Below are positions 1-10,832 of a DNA stretch of 64,000 bases, piece by piece (the stretch's first letter is position 1; every line of letters begins with the position of its first letter). Made by a program: the position numbers and the translations under genes. Location of the stretch: positions 124,001 to 188,000 of the IMG/VR virus record IMGVR_UViG_3300048571_000088; one strand, 5' to 3'. The notes beneath the pieces are model-generated. The model was not told where the DNA came from. It worked only from the letters and a program-made list of their open reading frames with translations, and ran no database searches.

Positions 1-170
1 GGATGCGTTCTAAGACATTAAAAGAATTAATGGCTACAAGAGAAGCTAAAGCTAAGATCCTTACTGCTAATGGAAAAACAAGTACACTCCACTTAAGCGA
101 TCTAAAAGAACAATTAGATGCGATAATTAAAAACAAATCTAAAATAATTGATGTCACACCAGTAGAGTAA
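1..170 (+). CDS. 3' end of a gene probably truncated by the window edge (possibly terminase small subunit-like)
   Basis: The frame from position 3 (MRSKTLKELMATREAKAK...KIIDVTPVE) is open to TAA at 168-170, 6 nt before the next ATG. The product is a guess from the helical character and the IIDVTP tail. Confidence 0.4.
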   Translation, partial: MRSKTLKELMATREAKAKILTANGKTSTLHLSDLKEQLDAIIKNKSKIIDVTPVE

Positions 171-176
171 CAAGAC

Positions 177-698
177 ATGTTAAGAAAGCCTATCCAGTCT
201 CAAGAAGAACGAATTCTTGTAAACTCACTAAAGAAGAAAAGCAAAAAAGTTAATGTTTATTTTAATAAGAAAACGAAAGGAAAATCTAAGTACTTGATCG
301 GTGATTTCTATAGTAAGAAGAATGACGAGACTTTTAAATATCGTTCTTCTTATGAGTTGGCTTTCTTTCATCAACTCGAAGCGGATAGTAATGTCGTAAA
401 CTATATGTACGAACCTTTTGAAGTCGCATATATTGACTTCCACAAACAAGAAAGAAACTATAGACCAGACTTACTAATTCTTAATGCAGATGGTAGTGTT
501 ATCGTTGCTGAAATTAAACCTAGTGCTATGCTAGGAGATTTTGATGTGCAAGCTAAGGCAACTGCCGCCAGGAAATACATTCAAAACAATTATAAAGACT
601 ACAGAATAGAATATAAATTTATTACAGAGAAGCACATATTTAGCAATAATACTGAATATGTTAAGTTCGTAGCAGAAACTAAAAACAGACAATTTTAA
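177..698 (+). CDS. TnsA-N / T4 gp4-like PD-(D/E)xK endonuclease (head completion nuclease-like)
   Basis: Motifs YRSSYE...YEPFEVAY...YRPDLLI...VAEIKP...FITE are typical of this family. Confidence 0.8.
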   Translation: MLRKPIQSQEERILVNSLKKKSKKVNVYFNKKTKGKSKYLIGDFYSKKNDETFKYRSSYELAFFHQLEADSNVVNYMYEPFEVAYIDFHKQERNYRPDLLILNADGSVIVAEIKPSAMLGDFDVQAKATAARKYIQNNYKDYRIEYKFITEKHIFSNNTEYVKFVAETKNRQF

Positions 699-731
699 TG
701 TAACCACGCGCAAAAATAGGAGATATACTCT

Positions 732-2039
732 ATGATTGGAAAACCAAATATACATGCTACATGGGATAATATTTTCTCGATCATAGAGCATCATAAATCG
801 ACTAGCAAAAATGATTTTCCTTTGTTATCGCCAGACCAAGAAATTGTACAGCCTAGTCTGAGTGCAGGATCAATAGCCACTGTAAGTCCGCTCAGTACAT
901 CTTCAGTATCAATACCAAACATAAAGAAGAAAGTATCTTCTATCGCGGGCGCCACCATATTAGCAGCCTCTGGGTTACTAGGTTTTGCCTCTCATTCTAA
1001 TATAGGGTTACTTAGTGCTGCAAGAGAAGCACCTGTCGTACTTCCAGTAGTCACTAAAATAAGTGACACTGTAAAAACTGGAAAAATAACTACTCCGACT
1101 ACTAGTAAAGCTTCGATTGTGAATCTAAGTGCCACAGAAGCCACGAAGAATGCTCCTTCTGTTCGATACGAAAACAGACTTATAGGTACCCCAGAGCAAA
1201 TTAATAATCTAGGTGCAAAAGGGATTCTAGACCTCTTTCAGACGTCAGGTAACTACCAAAATAATCTAGGTATACACTTAATGAGTCCAAAAGGAATAGA
1301 TAGTCAAGTAATAAAAGACTTAGCTGACCAGACCTCACAACAAGTAAGATACTACGATGATGACCAATTGCAAGTTTGGTTTAACCCTCAAGGGGAAGGA
1401 GGTGTATTTAAGTACTCAGAGAAAGATAAAAAGAATCACAGGGTAAACAGTACTATATATACATCTGATAAGTACAAACCTTTGACGCAGCGACCTTTGA
1501 CTACAACAACACAAACGCCTTGGATGGAGCATGTGGAGAAACTAGTCAATCAAGTATCCGAGTCAGGAATGGCCTCACTTGAAGAAGGAACAAACAATAG
1601 TCTCGAGATTTCCGATATGCTGAAGACCGTACATCTTAAATCAGGAAATGAGTGGTGCGGCGCAACAATTGGGTACGGTTTTTCTAGAGCTGGGATAACT
1701 CCTCACAAATCAGGTGCTATTAGTTTAGCATGGAGAGGATTCGGAACAAAACTAGATCGTCCAGCCATCGGTGCAATTGCAACATACCCACATGGAAAAG
1801 GAAAAGGCCACGCTGGATTTGTAAAAGGCTTTGTAAAAGGATCTACAAGTAAGCTTGTACTTGTAGGTGGAAATCAACTTGACACAGTCAACTACATGGT
1901 AAAAGATATTGCAGACTTAAAATTCAATTACCCCTCAGGTTATAAACCAGAATACAATCTTCCGTCTTACTCGGTACCTAACGACACCAATACATTTATG
2001 TTTACAGATTTACCGACAGAAGAACAGGGAGGGAGGTAA
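732..2039 (+). CDS. Virion-associated peptidoglycan hydrolase with C-terminal TIGR02594 (NlpC/P60-CHAP-like) domain
   Basis: TPWM...WCGATI...AWRGFGTKLDRPAIGAIA...GHAGFV...GGNQ, with catalytic Cys and His present. The N-terminal part has a hydrophobic segment. RBS AGGAG. Confidence 0.8.
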   Translation: MIGKPNIHATWDNIFSIIEHHKSTSKNDFPLLSPDQEIVQPSLSAGSIATVSPLSTSSVSIPNIKKKVSSIAGATILAASGLLGFASHSNIGLLSAAREAPVVLPVVTKISDTVKTGKITTPTTSKASIVNLSATEATKNAPSVRYENRLIGTPEQINNLGAKGILDLFQTSGNYQNNLGIHLMSPKGIDSQVIKDLADQTSQQVRYYDDDQLQVWFNPQGEGGVFKYSEKDKKNHRVNSTIYTSDKYKPLTQRPLTTTTQTPWMEHVEKLVNQVSESGMASLEEGTNNSLEISDMLKTVHLKSGNEWCGATIGYGFSRAGITPHKSGAISLAWRGFGTKLDRPAIGAIATYPHGKGKGHAGFVKGFVKGSTSKLVLVGGNQLDTVNYMVKDIADLKFNYPSGYKPEYNLPSYSVPNDTNTFMFTDLPTEEQGGR

Positions 2040-4784
2040 TGAATTTAAATCAGCTAGCTGCAGAAGGAATCAACCAAGGCGTAAGTACTAGTAAGATACA
2101 AGAAGCTCTAGTTTATCTTCAACACCATCCTGAATTAGCCTATCAGGTACAGTCCCTAGTTGATTCTTATTCTAAAGCGACTGAACTTTATGAAAAGAAC
2201 GGCAACAAGAAGGCAGAGAAAGTAAAAGAGATCTCTCATGTCTCACAAGGAAGTACTGAAAGTCTAACTCATGACTTTTCTTATGGTTTCGACAAACTGC
2301 CTAAACCAGGAACGGAAGACAAAACCGAACTAGCCAAAGTAGCTGAGACGGCGTATCCTCCTGTTTCTGATAGGGGTTTCCCTAATCCTTTCGATGCTAC
2401 TCGGAGAAGTCGATAACGCAGCAGCTATAGAGGCAATCGCACAACCTTTGTTCTCGGAAAATAAAACAATAAGTACTAATCCACTAGGTGTGTATAACCA
2501 TGTAGAAACACCTAGTAAACCTTCTTTTGAGTTGTCTTATCAATCTTCTTATACAAGTCGTGATAACACTAAAAAGAATACAATACAAACGTTTAATAAA
2601 GATCAACTAACTTTTAACTTAAATAGTAAAGACGAATCTTTACCAAGTTTTACTTTATCTTCTGAACCTAAAATTCTTACTAACAGTCCGAAAATCAATT
2701 CAGTACAGATATTTAACAAGGATCAGATTACTTTTGACCTTAATTCTGAAATAGAAACTACTAGACAAAGTGTATACAACGAACCAACAAAGTTACCTGT
2801 ATTCAAAGATGTTACAGGTACAACACCAAAAGCTACTAATCTAGGTGCAGGGACAGGTTTTACATTTGGTACTAAGTTTACTGTACCTACTGAAAAGAAA
2901 GCTCAAAACCAAGAAAAAATAGTAGAAACTCCGACAGAGATAAGTGATACACCTAATAGATATTCTTTAAGTGTATATTCTAATACAGATCCTCTAGCGA
3001 GTTCTAAACAAAAAGCAAAACAACTAGTAGATGCTTCTAGAGCTTCTGTGTCTACTCCAAGAGCTAAAGTCTCTCTTATTAGAACAGAAGAGAAAACTAA
3101 GAAACAAAAAACTCCAGCCTCTAGCACACCTTCTGTACCTAAGCCTATCATAGCTCCTGTTCAAGTTATTCCTCCTGTAGCTCCAACTGCAAGACAAACC
3201 TATAACGGACTACCTAAAGCTAACTTATTTTCTTATGACACTGAGACAACAGGTGTAGATTCAACTAAAGCAAAAATATGGCAGCAAGGATATGCAAGTA
3301 GAGATTACGCTACCGGTACATGGAGCGGAGGAGACGTACATAGCGATCCGTTTAGCGGTAAGATAAAATCAAAGAAAGAGTTTGAAAAGGCTTTAGCTGA
3401 ATCGAACGGAAAGTTCTCTCAAGATGCAGCCAAGAAAGGGAACTTCAAAGAGATTGTAAAAGATTTTGGTAAGAATAATCTAGTAAGTGTAAGAGAAGGT
3501 CTCGAGCAAACATTAGGTAAAGTAACTAATGGTTCTATACTTGTGATGCAGAATATAAACTTTGAGAACAGCATGTTAAGAGAAGCATACAAAGCTGATC
3601 TACTAGACAATAAAAGATATAAAGAGCTTCAAGAAAACATGATGTTCTTGAGCGCAGATAAGAAATTAAATACATATAGTAATGAATTATTCCAACGACC
3701 TTTTGAAGTACAGGAGTACATGAGGTCAGCAGATTACACATTCACTACTAAGTTTCTTCCTTTCCGTAGTGATGCTACTTTCAGTACCTATGTATCAAGT
3801 TTAAATTCGGCTTTCGATTCTTACGATTCAATCTTAAAGAATCTAACACACACTAGTAAAATTCCTGTAGTAGAGTTAATGGACATATCTAAAATATTTC
3901 TAGGTAACTTAGCTGCAAATAATCTAATAGAAAAAGAAACATCAACTACTGGACTTACAGTTGATTTCCTCACTCAAGCATTCTTTGGAAGAAAAGAAGC
4001 ACACACTGCCGCATCAGATTCTAAGGATACATTAGAACTGTTTGAAAGTATGTATACACATATAAATAATATGCGCTCTGGGAATATAACGCCCGAATTA
4101 AAACAGCTTGCTACTAGGATATCAGCATTCCAACCAGACGAAGTAAACAGAAGATTCATTAGTGGCCTTTCATCCACTATTACAGACTTTACAACAAGAG
4201 GTCACACAAAACTACGAGGTACTAGTAATAGATACTATGGAGGTGCTATAGACGTTTACGATACAGAAAATAAAACTGTATCCCGTTCAAAAAGTATTAG
4301 TATCGGTGTAAAAAATAGAAATACAACTGATGTTGTAAAAGCTCTAAGAGAAAGAGTAGAATCGTTCGCAAAAACATTTCAAGATAATATTGCAGGCTTT
4401 AACAGGGAATCTTTTGTACAAGAATTGATTCAGGATTTTGATCCTGACAAACCCGACTACGACGCAATGCTCAAGAAAGTACAAGCTACTCAAGATAAGC
4501 TACAGCACACAAGAAATGTAGACCTACCTAAACCACAAACCAGTAGTGATATCATAGTTAAAAAAGGAGCTTTTGTTGAATCAACATTTAATAAAGGTAC
4601 GAAAACTTGGATAGGATTAGCAGCTTTCGCAGGACTCTCGGCGATGGCAGTAACTATTGCACCAAAAAAACAAAAAGAAGATAAAAACAAAGACCTTCCA
4701 GTCTACTCTAACTTCTATGATGAACAATATTTAGGCTCAGGTTTTGTAGATTTCCGAGACCGTAACAAGAGGTACATGTACTAA
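2039..4784 (+). CDS. Large protein (~914 aa) with DEDDh 3'-5' exonuclease domain; needs a +1 shift at CGG 2402
   Basis: ORF 2039 has a strong RBS (GGAGG) and reads ...GCT ACT CGG AGA AGT CGA TAA. Skipping one base gives GGA GAA GTC GAT, the frame of ORF 2394..4784. Exonuclease motifs: YDTETTG, QNINFE, AHTAASD. There is a C-terminal hydrophobic helix. Confidence 0.7.
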
Positions 4785-7057
4785 TGAAAAATTACAGTCG
4801 ATTATCTAATGCCGAACTAGATAATATGGAGGGATTTGCTAAGGCTATAACAGACCTAACAGCGCCTTTCGCAAACCATGACGATCTCAGTAAAAGTATG
4901 TTTCAAAATATTTTGAAACCACATAAAGAAACTATTGAGAATAAATTTAATGTTTCAAATATCCATATGGATATTGCCGGTCTTATTGGTGCAACCATCC
5001 AAGATAAGACTAGCGAATTTAAAAACAACCGATTAAAAATGGCAAGGCCAACTACCAAACCGACAGGATACGCTGATTCTCGTGGGAGGGGATTTTCTAC
5101 TTCTGATAACTTTAAAACTATTCTACCTAGTGTCGTCGATAGTCAGGATACGGAATTAGTAGAAGGAGTCTATGCAGGCGACAAAGAAAATAATTTCCCA
5201 AAGGACTTTACCCTTGACACTACAGAAGAATATGAACAGTATCGAAACAGTAGACGAGAAATTACTTCTCCGCTGAGTGCACCAACCCCTACCGAAGATA
5301 ACTCGCTTCCTGATTGGCTCTCAGAAGACTACAAAGAACCCAGTCCTGAGCAACCCAAACCTACAACGGCAGACGCTGAAAAGAACTGGGAGAGTGTAAG
5401 GAAAGCAGCAGATCCTGTGGCAGGGATCTCAAGAGATGCTGTAGAAGAGCATCTCAGATTACACCCTGACGAACCGAACGGAAAAGAATTCTTAAAAAAC
5501 ATAGAACATGAAGAGAAATTCAGCCAAGCACAGGATTTAAAAAGTTGGCAACAAGGTATTGAAAAGAAGTTTAATCTAAAACAAGGCTCTGCAGTTAATT
5601 TAGATCCTAATAAAGAGTATAAATCCAGAGGAGATGCATTAGGTGACATTAGCATAGCCTCCTCTGTACCGAGCACTCATGAATCTAATACACCTGTAAG
5701 TCGACCTCTAGACGATCTAACCCAAGAAGATCTAGATCCTAAGAATAGTACACTACCTGAAGAACTAAAAACAGTCGGAGATGTACAGTCTCCACTTCCA
5801 GAACAAACACCTATCGAACCAGTACAAGCTGACCCTGTACCTCCTCCAGGAGAAATAGTACCCAGACAGGAACAACCAGAAACCCCTAAAGCTGAGCCTC
5901 CGAGAAATCTAAGAGAAGATGATATTACCGCTGCCAAGAACCTGAGACTTTCTGGGCCTATAACAAAAGAAACTCTTGACAGGCCAATTACTTTTAGAGA
6001 TGGTTTCAATCAAGACGGAGCCATCTATGGAAGAAAACCAGACGCAGGGGCAACCTATCATTTTCGAGACACAGGCGCTCCAGTAAGTCCGTTAGAGGTT
6101 GAGACAGCCACGTCAAGACTATTGACTGACCCTGCTCACATTACTGGAATAAGTAATCTAACTGGTAGTGATTATATTGGTTATGCTAGAGCTTCCAACA
6201 GAGATGTAGAACTTAAGAAAATAGGAAATAAAGCTGGATATACTGACTTAACTCATAATGACATACACAACGGAGGTCCGGCTACACCATTAATAGATCC
6301 AGCTACAGGTGAACACTTAGGTATGCACTACCGAGGAGTAGGACAAGATAGAGGTCTTTTAGGTACTGGATTATTTAGCTCTGCAGGAAGATCTTTAGAG
6401 CATGGCTATGGTATGGGTTTTGGTAATGGATGGAGGGCATCTAGAACAGATCACTTTAAAAGATTTGTTACAGATACTGCACTTCCTTTTAGTCGAGGAA
6501 ACCTCTCCGTTGCTGGAGAAGCTTTAGGTTTTACCTCTACTCTAGACAAGATGAGACTTAAAGCGAATCCTACAATAATGAATAGACTGTCAGCTTCTGC
6601 TGCTCCTGCATTCGCTGCTGCAACTATAGGTTATGGTATGCTAAGTAATCAAGACTCCGGCGAGATAGTTACTAATATGTTAGCTCCTGCTGCAGGTGTG
6701 GTAGGATTCAGACAAGGCTATAGTGTTGGCTCTATGATAACTCCAGCTAAGACAAGTAAGAACCTAGGGATTTCAAGAGGTCTAGCACAAGCTGGATTTG
6801 GACTTGGAGGTTTTATTGCTGGCGCTGCTTTAGTTACAGCAACAGGTGCTATAGCTCGTGATATGTCATCTAATGACTCAACATTAGCTAGAATGGCTAA
6901 GAAAGTATCTACCGTAGAGATGTACAACAAAGGAACAGAAAATAGACAAACATTAACTGCAAGACAAGTAGCCCTGAATAAATTATCAAGAAGTGGCTTA
7001 AATGATCGAGCATTATTACTAGGGAACGAAGCAGCAGCACTTAAAGGATTAATATAA
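4784..7057 (+). CDS. Putative virion/ejected protein with Pro/Glu-rich linker and Gly/Ala-rich hydrophobic C-terminus
   Basis: 757-aa ORF coupled to the upstream gene by a TAATG overlap; composition supports the call. Confidence 0.55.
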   Translation: MKNYSRLSNAELDNMEGFAKAITDLTAPFANHDDLSKSMFQNILKPHKETIENKFNVSNIHMDIAGLIGATIQDKTSEFKNNRLKMARPTTKPTGYADSRGRGFSTSDNFKTILPSVVDSQDTELVEGVYAGDKENNFPKDFTLDTTEEYEQYRNSRREITSPLSAPTPTEDNSLPDWLSEDYKEPSPEQPKPTTADAEKNWESVRKAADPVAGISRDAVEEHLRLHPDEPNGKEFLKNIEHEEKFSQAQDLKSWQQGIEKKFNLKQGSAVNLDPNKEYKSRGDALGDISIASSVPSTHESNTPVSRPLDDLTQEDLDPKNSTLPEELKTVGDVQSPLPEQTPIEPVQADPVPPPGEIVPRQEQPETPKAEPPRNLREDDITAAKNLRLSGPITKETLDRPITFRDGFNQDGAIYGRKPDAGATYHFRDTGAPVSPLEVETATSRLLTDPAHITGISNLTGSDYIGYARASNRDVELKKIGNKAGYTDLTHNDIHNGGPATPLIDPATGEHLGMHYRGVGQDRGLLGTGLFSSAGRSLEHGYGMGFGNGWRASRTDHFKRFVTDTALPFSRGNLSVAGEALGFTSTLDKMRLKANPTIMNRLSASAAPAFAAATIGYGMLSNQDSGEIVTNMLAPAAGVVGFRQGYSVGSMITPAKTSKNLGISRGLAQAGFGLGGFIAGAALVTATGAIARDMSSNDSTLARMAKKVSTVEMYNKGTENRQTLTARQVALNKLSRSGLNDRALLLGNEAAALKGLI

Positions 7058-7087
7058 TTGACTTGTTACTCTTCAATATGGTATATT
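7058..7087 (+). promoter_or_regulatory. Sigma70-type promoter upstream of the terminase genes
   Basis: TTGACT (7058-7063), an 18-nt spacer ending in TGG, then TATATT (7082-7087), i.e. an extended -10 element, in one of the few real intergenic gaps. Confidence 0.6.
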
Positions 7088-7096
7088 ATTTATAAG

Positions 7097-7118
7097 CAAT
7101 TACTAATTTAAGTAATTG
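7097..7118. promoter_or_regulatory. Inverted repeat just downstream of the promoter (operator or 5' leader hairpin)
   Basis: CAATTACT-aattta-AGTAATTG, perfect 8-bp arms. Confidence 0.45.
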
Positions 7119-7141
7119 TATTAAAAATAAAAGGAAATAAA

Positions 7142-7634
7142 ATGGAATACGATTTAAATACATCATATATATTAACAGGTAGAAGAAGATCAGGGAAGAC
7201 GACTCAACTAGTAAACCGCTGCAGCATGGTTGCTAGTTACGTTCCTTCGTCAGATATACTTATATTTGTAAGTAACTTAGTGAAAAGAAATAATTTATTA
7301 GAGTTACTAACTGAAAAACTAGAAGGACTTCTTGACACTGTCTCTACAACTCAGTCTATACTGAAACTAGCTAATAACTCTAAGATAACAATTAAGACAG
7401 TCGACGGTAACATAGATTCTAGTAGAGGTTTAAATCCTTCACACATCATGATAGATGACTTCGATGTTGGCTTTTTTGACAGTAGCTTCTCAAACAGATT
7501 CTTAACTGTGTTCCGGATTAATCCCTGCTCGCGTGTTTATAACATCTAGTGCTGTAGACAAGCCTAAAAAATTGCTAAACCAACTCAATATCGATTTTCA
7601 AATTAAAGATTTAAATTATGGATCAGCAGAATGA
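7142..7634 (+). CDS. Stand-alone terminase-like P-loop ATPase domain (~163 aa); needs a +1 shift at CGG 7514
   Basis: Walker A TGRRRSGKTT, RGLNPS, Walker B HIMIDD. The +1 frame adds GLIPARVFITSS (motif III-like strand) and ends at TGA 7632-7634, overlapping the start of the large terminase gene. Confidence 0.65.
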
Positions 7635-9510
7635 AAGGATAGGTACAGTTACTATTGATGACACGGATCAAGAAGTAACTAAGCTATCAGAGATATACTG
7701 GAAGGATTATTTAGACGATCAGAATTACAATAAAGACATTAACAAGATGTGTGAACTTTGTATTGAAGAGCAAATAGAAAAGTACGGATCACAGACTATA
7801 CCTTGTAAGGGCTTATTAACACCTGAAGTACAACTTGGCACCGAATCTTTCCAACTTTTAAAATCTTCTAGTACAGAAGAAAACCTTAAGGTATATGAAG
7901 CGCTTTTTAATGCTTATGATTTTATGGAGTTATATTGTGACTCCATAAATAAAGGTAAGGATAAAAGAGCTTTTATGGGGAGGTGGTACCAAGAACATCT
8001 TCTGAAATGTAGTGCTACATCTAAAACAGTTAGAATGGGACGACGTGCAGGTAAGACAGCTTCGCTAGCTATGGATATGATTCATAAGTGCCTGACTGAT
8101 ACAGGTAGTAAAGGTACAGGTCATAGAGCACTTTTAGTCTCTCCTTTTCAAAACCAAACTGAAGAAGTTATAGAGACAATTAAAAAACTCTGTTCGGTTC
8201 TTGATGATAATCCTATAGAGTCTTCAAAGTCCTCCCCTATACACATTATTAAGTTTAAGAATGGATCAATAATCAAAGGATTCACTGCAGGATATAATGG
8301 AGACTCAATACGCGGACAACCAGCAGATTCTATCTGGTTAGATGAGTTAGATGATATGCCAGTAAAAGCTATTACAGCTATATCTGGTATTTTCATGGAT
8401 AACGCTAACGTCTTAGTATGGAGATCAGGTACTCCTAAAGGAGAAGTAAACTTATACAGCTCTGCACAAAGTGACGGGGTCAAAGAGTTTCATTACCCAT
8501 CCTTTGTTAATCCAAACTATTCTGATCAGATGGATAAGATAGTAAGAGCAGACTTAGATGACATTGGGTACATACAAGAGTGTATGGCTTTGTATGGAGT
8601 CTCTAGCAACGGTATCTTCCAGTTACCTTATATAGAGAGAGCTAAATCAAAACCAAAACACATTGATGCACTAGATGTACTTAATGCGAGAAATAGTTTT
8701 ATTGTTATCATCGGTGTTGACTGGAACCACGATCAAGTAGGGACAAGAATCATAGTTACAGCTTATGATAAAAATGATCCTCAGTTCTATATTATAGATA
8801 AAGAGAGGGTTTCTGTAGAAGGATGGACTCAACAGAAAGCTATTGAAAAAATTGTACAACTCAATAGAAAATACAACTGTGATCATATTTTTGTTGATGC
8901 TGGTTTTGGAGCTACTCAAATAGGAGAATTACGCCTGTACGGAGAGATGCAAGCATTGACAGTACACAAAGGCCATCCAGACTTGAAACTGATGGACGTA
9001 GAGGCAGTTGATTTTGGCTCTACTGTAGAAGTAGTAGATCAAACTAAAGGACAAAAGTTTAAACAAGGATTAAAACAATTTCTTGTTCAAAATGCTGTAT
9101 TGATACTTGAAAAAGATCTGTTAGCACTTGAACCTAAAAAAGATGCTGATGTTATCAAGCAACTTAAAAACTACATACAAAAGACAAGAAACAAAGGTAA
9201 AGTTACCTATGGATATATATCCAAGAAAATAGGTGATCACGATTTAGATGCCTTGATGATCTCTCTATACGGATTTAAAAAGATGTACTCCTCTGTATTG
9301 GGGGGTGCTTTTGAAGTAGCACGATTAAGGTACGGACATCAAAGAACTGGACTCGCAGAAGGCCAATCAACTAACGATGCAACAGCGTTAAACTCCTTAA
9401 CTGGTATCTGTTTTGGAGGGAAGAAACAGAATATTGCAACCACCCGTAAACCTATGTTATCATTCAGTAAGAGAATGAATAGGTCATCAATCCCTATTCG
9501 AAATTACTAA
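7618..9510 (+). CDS. terL: Terminase large subunit
   Basis: WYQ adenine-binding motif, Walker A GRRAGKT, IRGQPAD-IWLDE Walker B, SGTP motif III, nuclease IGVDWN, FVDAGFG and DHDLDAL. Confidence 0.93.
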   Translation: MDQQNERIGTVTIDDTDQEVTKLSEIYWKDYLDDQNYNKDINKMCELCIEEQIEKYGSQTIPCKGLLTPEVQLGTESFQLLKSSSTEENLKVYEALFNAYDFMELYCDSINKGKDKRAFMGRWYQEHLLKCSATSKTVRMGRRAGKTASLAMDMIHKCLTDTGSKGTGHRALLVSPFQNQTEEVIETIKKLCSVLDDNPIESSKSSPIHIIKFKNGSIIKGFTAGYNGDSIRGQPADSIWLDELDDMPVKAITAISGIFMDNANVLVWRSGTPKGEVNLYSSAQSDGVKEFHYPSFVNPNYSDQMDKIVRADLDDIGYIQECMALYGVSSNGIFQLPYIERAKSKPKHIDALDVLNARNSFIVIIGVDWNHDQVGTRIIVTAYDKNDPQFYIIDKERVSVEGWTQQKAIEKIVQLNRKYNCDHIFVDAGFGATQIGELRLYGEMQALTVHKGHPDLKLMDVEAVDFGSTVEVVDQTKGQKFKQGLKQFLVQNAVLILEKDLLALEPKKDADVIKQLKNYIQKTRNKGKVTYGYISKKIGDHDLDALMISLYGFKKMYSSVLGGAFEVARLRYGHQRTGLAEGQSTNDATALNSLTGICFGGKKQNIATTRKPMLSFSKRMNRSSIPIRNY

Positions 9511-9525
9511 TAACAGGAGTAACAC

Positions 9526-10555
9526 ATGGCTTCAACTTTAACCTTAACAGGTACTTTAGCAGATGATATAGGATTGATGTATTTTAATCCTAGCACAGAA
9601 TCCTTAAAAGAGATTGATGAGCAATCTGTATACATTGCTTGTAAATCTTATTCTTATTGTATAAAAAGATTCTATCTATGTGGTTCTCTTTTAGAGTACT
9701 CTAATACTATAACTATACGAACATCTTTAAACGATGAGTCTTTGTACTACTGTAAAGTTATTGCAGGTCTTGAAACTGCAAATTACTCATCCTTTCAGTT
9801 AAGTACGAATCAGGTAACTTTAGATTCTTCTTTATTGGGAGGAGTATATACAAATGCTATTCCTGTAGATATTTTAGTCGAATCTACCAATCTAACAGAA
9901 AAGACAATTATTCTTAATATAGAACTCATAAGTGACTCCAATGTTACTCCTATAGCTTGTGTACCTACCACACTAAAAAGAACTTTAACGCCGGATTCAA
10001 CAATATCTGCTAATCCTAATATAGGCGATAAGTATGGACTTAACATTTATGATGAGTTAGACGGATCCATGCCAAGATATATGTACCTTGAGGTCACAGA
10101 TAGCGACGGGGCCAGGTATTGTAATTACAATGTCTATTCTAACGGAACACTTATTTACCAGGCAGAGAACCGTAACTTGTCGACCTTGTCTAATATATTG
10201 ACACATTTACTTAGACTGGTCTTCTCTAATAGGTACTCCAACGAGGACGTTGACTACTACTATACATACGACGTATTCGACTATCCAGCTAGTAACGAAG
10301 GTATCAGTATTGAAGTAAGAGGCTACCCAGAAAACGAACCTGACAGACGGAGGGAACTGGTGGCGAGGACCTATAAATCTACCACACACTTTGCATATCG
10401 GTACGTTAAAAGAAAACGATGATATGCAAACTGCACAGGACATTATTAAGTTATTAGACCTAGATGCAATACAAGACATAGATCCAGTAATTTATGATGG
10501 TACTACTGTATATACTGTTACAAGTTGCAGTTATTTCGAAGAGCAGGCTGTGTGA
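9526..10555 (+). CDS. Hypothetical virion protein (~342 aa); needs a +1 shift at CGG 10348
   Basis: The 0-frame tail after AGA CGG is atypically Arg-rich. The +1 frame (GGNWWRGPINLPH...EEQAV) is open for 68 codons to TGA 10553-10555, 3 nt before the next ATG. Confidence 0.6.
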
Positions 10556-10558
10556 TAT

Positions 10559-10832
10559 ATGACAGAAATAGTAGATTACACCCTTACAGAGATCACGACA
10601 CTTCTAGAAGAATCTAGAGAAGTGTCTAACGAACTGCTTAGTATACTATCTAAAGTTCGTATTAAAGTAGATAAGGATTCGAATCCAGAGGCTATTAAGG
10701 CCATACGAGCTATTTTCGGAGTTGAATTTATTTCAGAGTACCGGTAATACATATATAACCTACGAGATGTATTGCACCTGTATAAACTTAATAAGACAAA
10801 TAGGTACCCTAGTAGGACAGAGTAAATTATGA
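10559..10832 (+). CDS. Hypothetical protein (~90 aa); needs a +1 shift at CGG 10742
   Basis: Reads TAC CGG TAA. The +1 frame (GNTYITYEMYCTCINLIRQIG...KL) ends in a TGA that forms an ATGA overlap with the gene at 10829. Confidence 0.65.
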
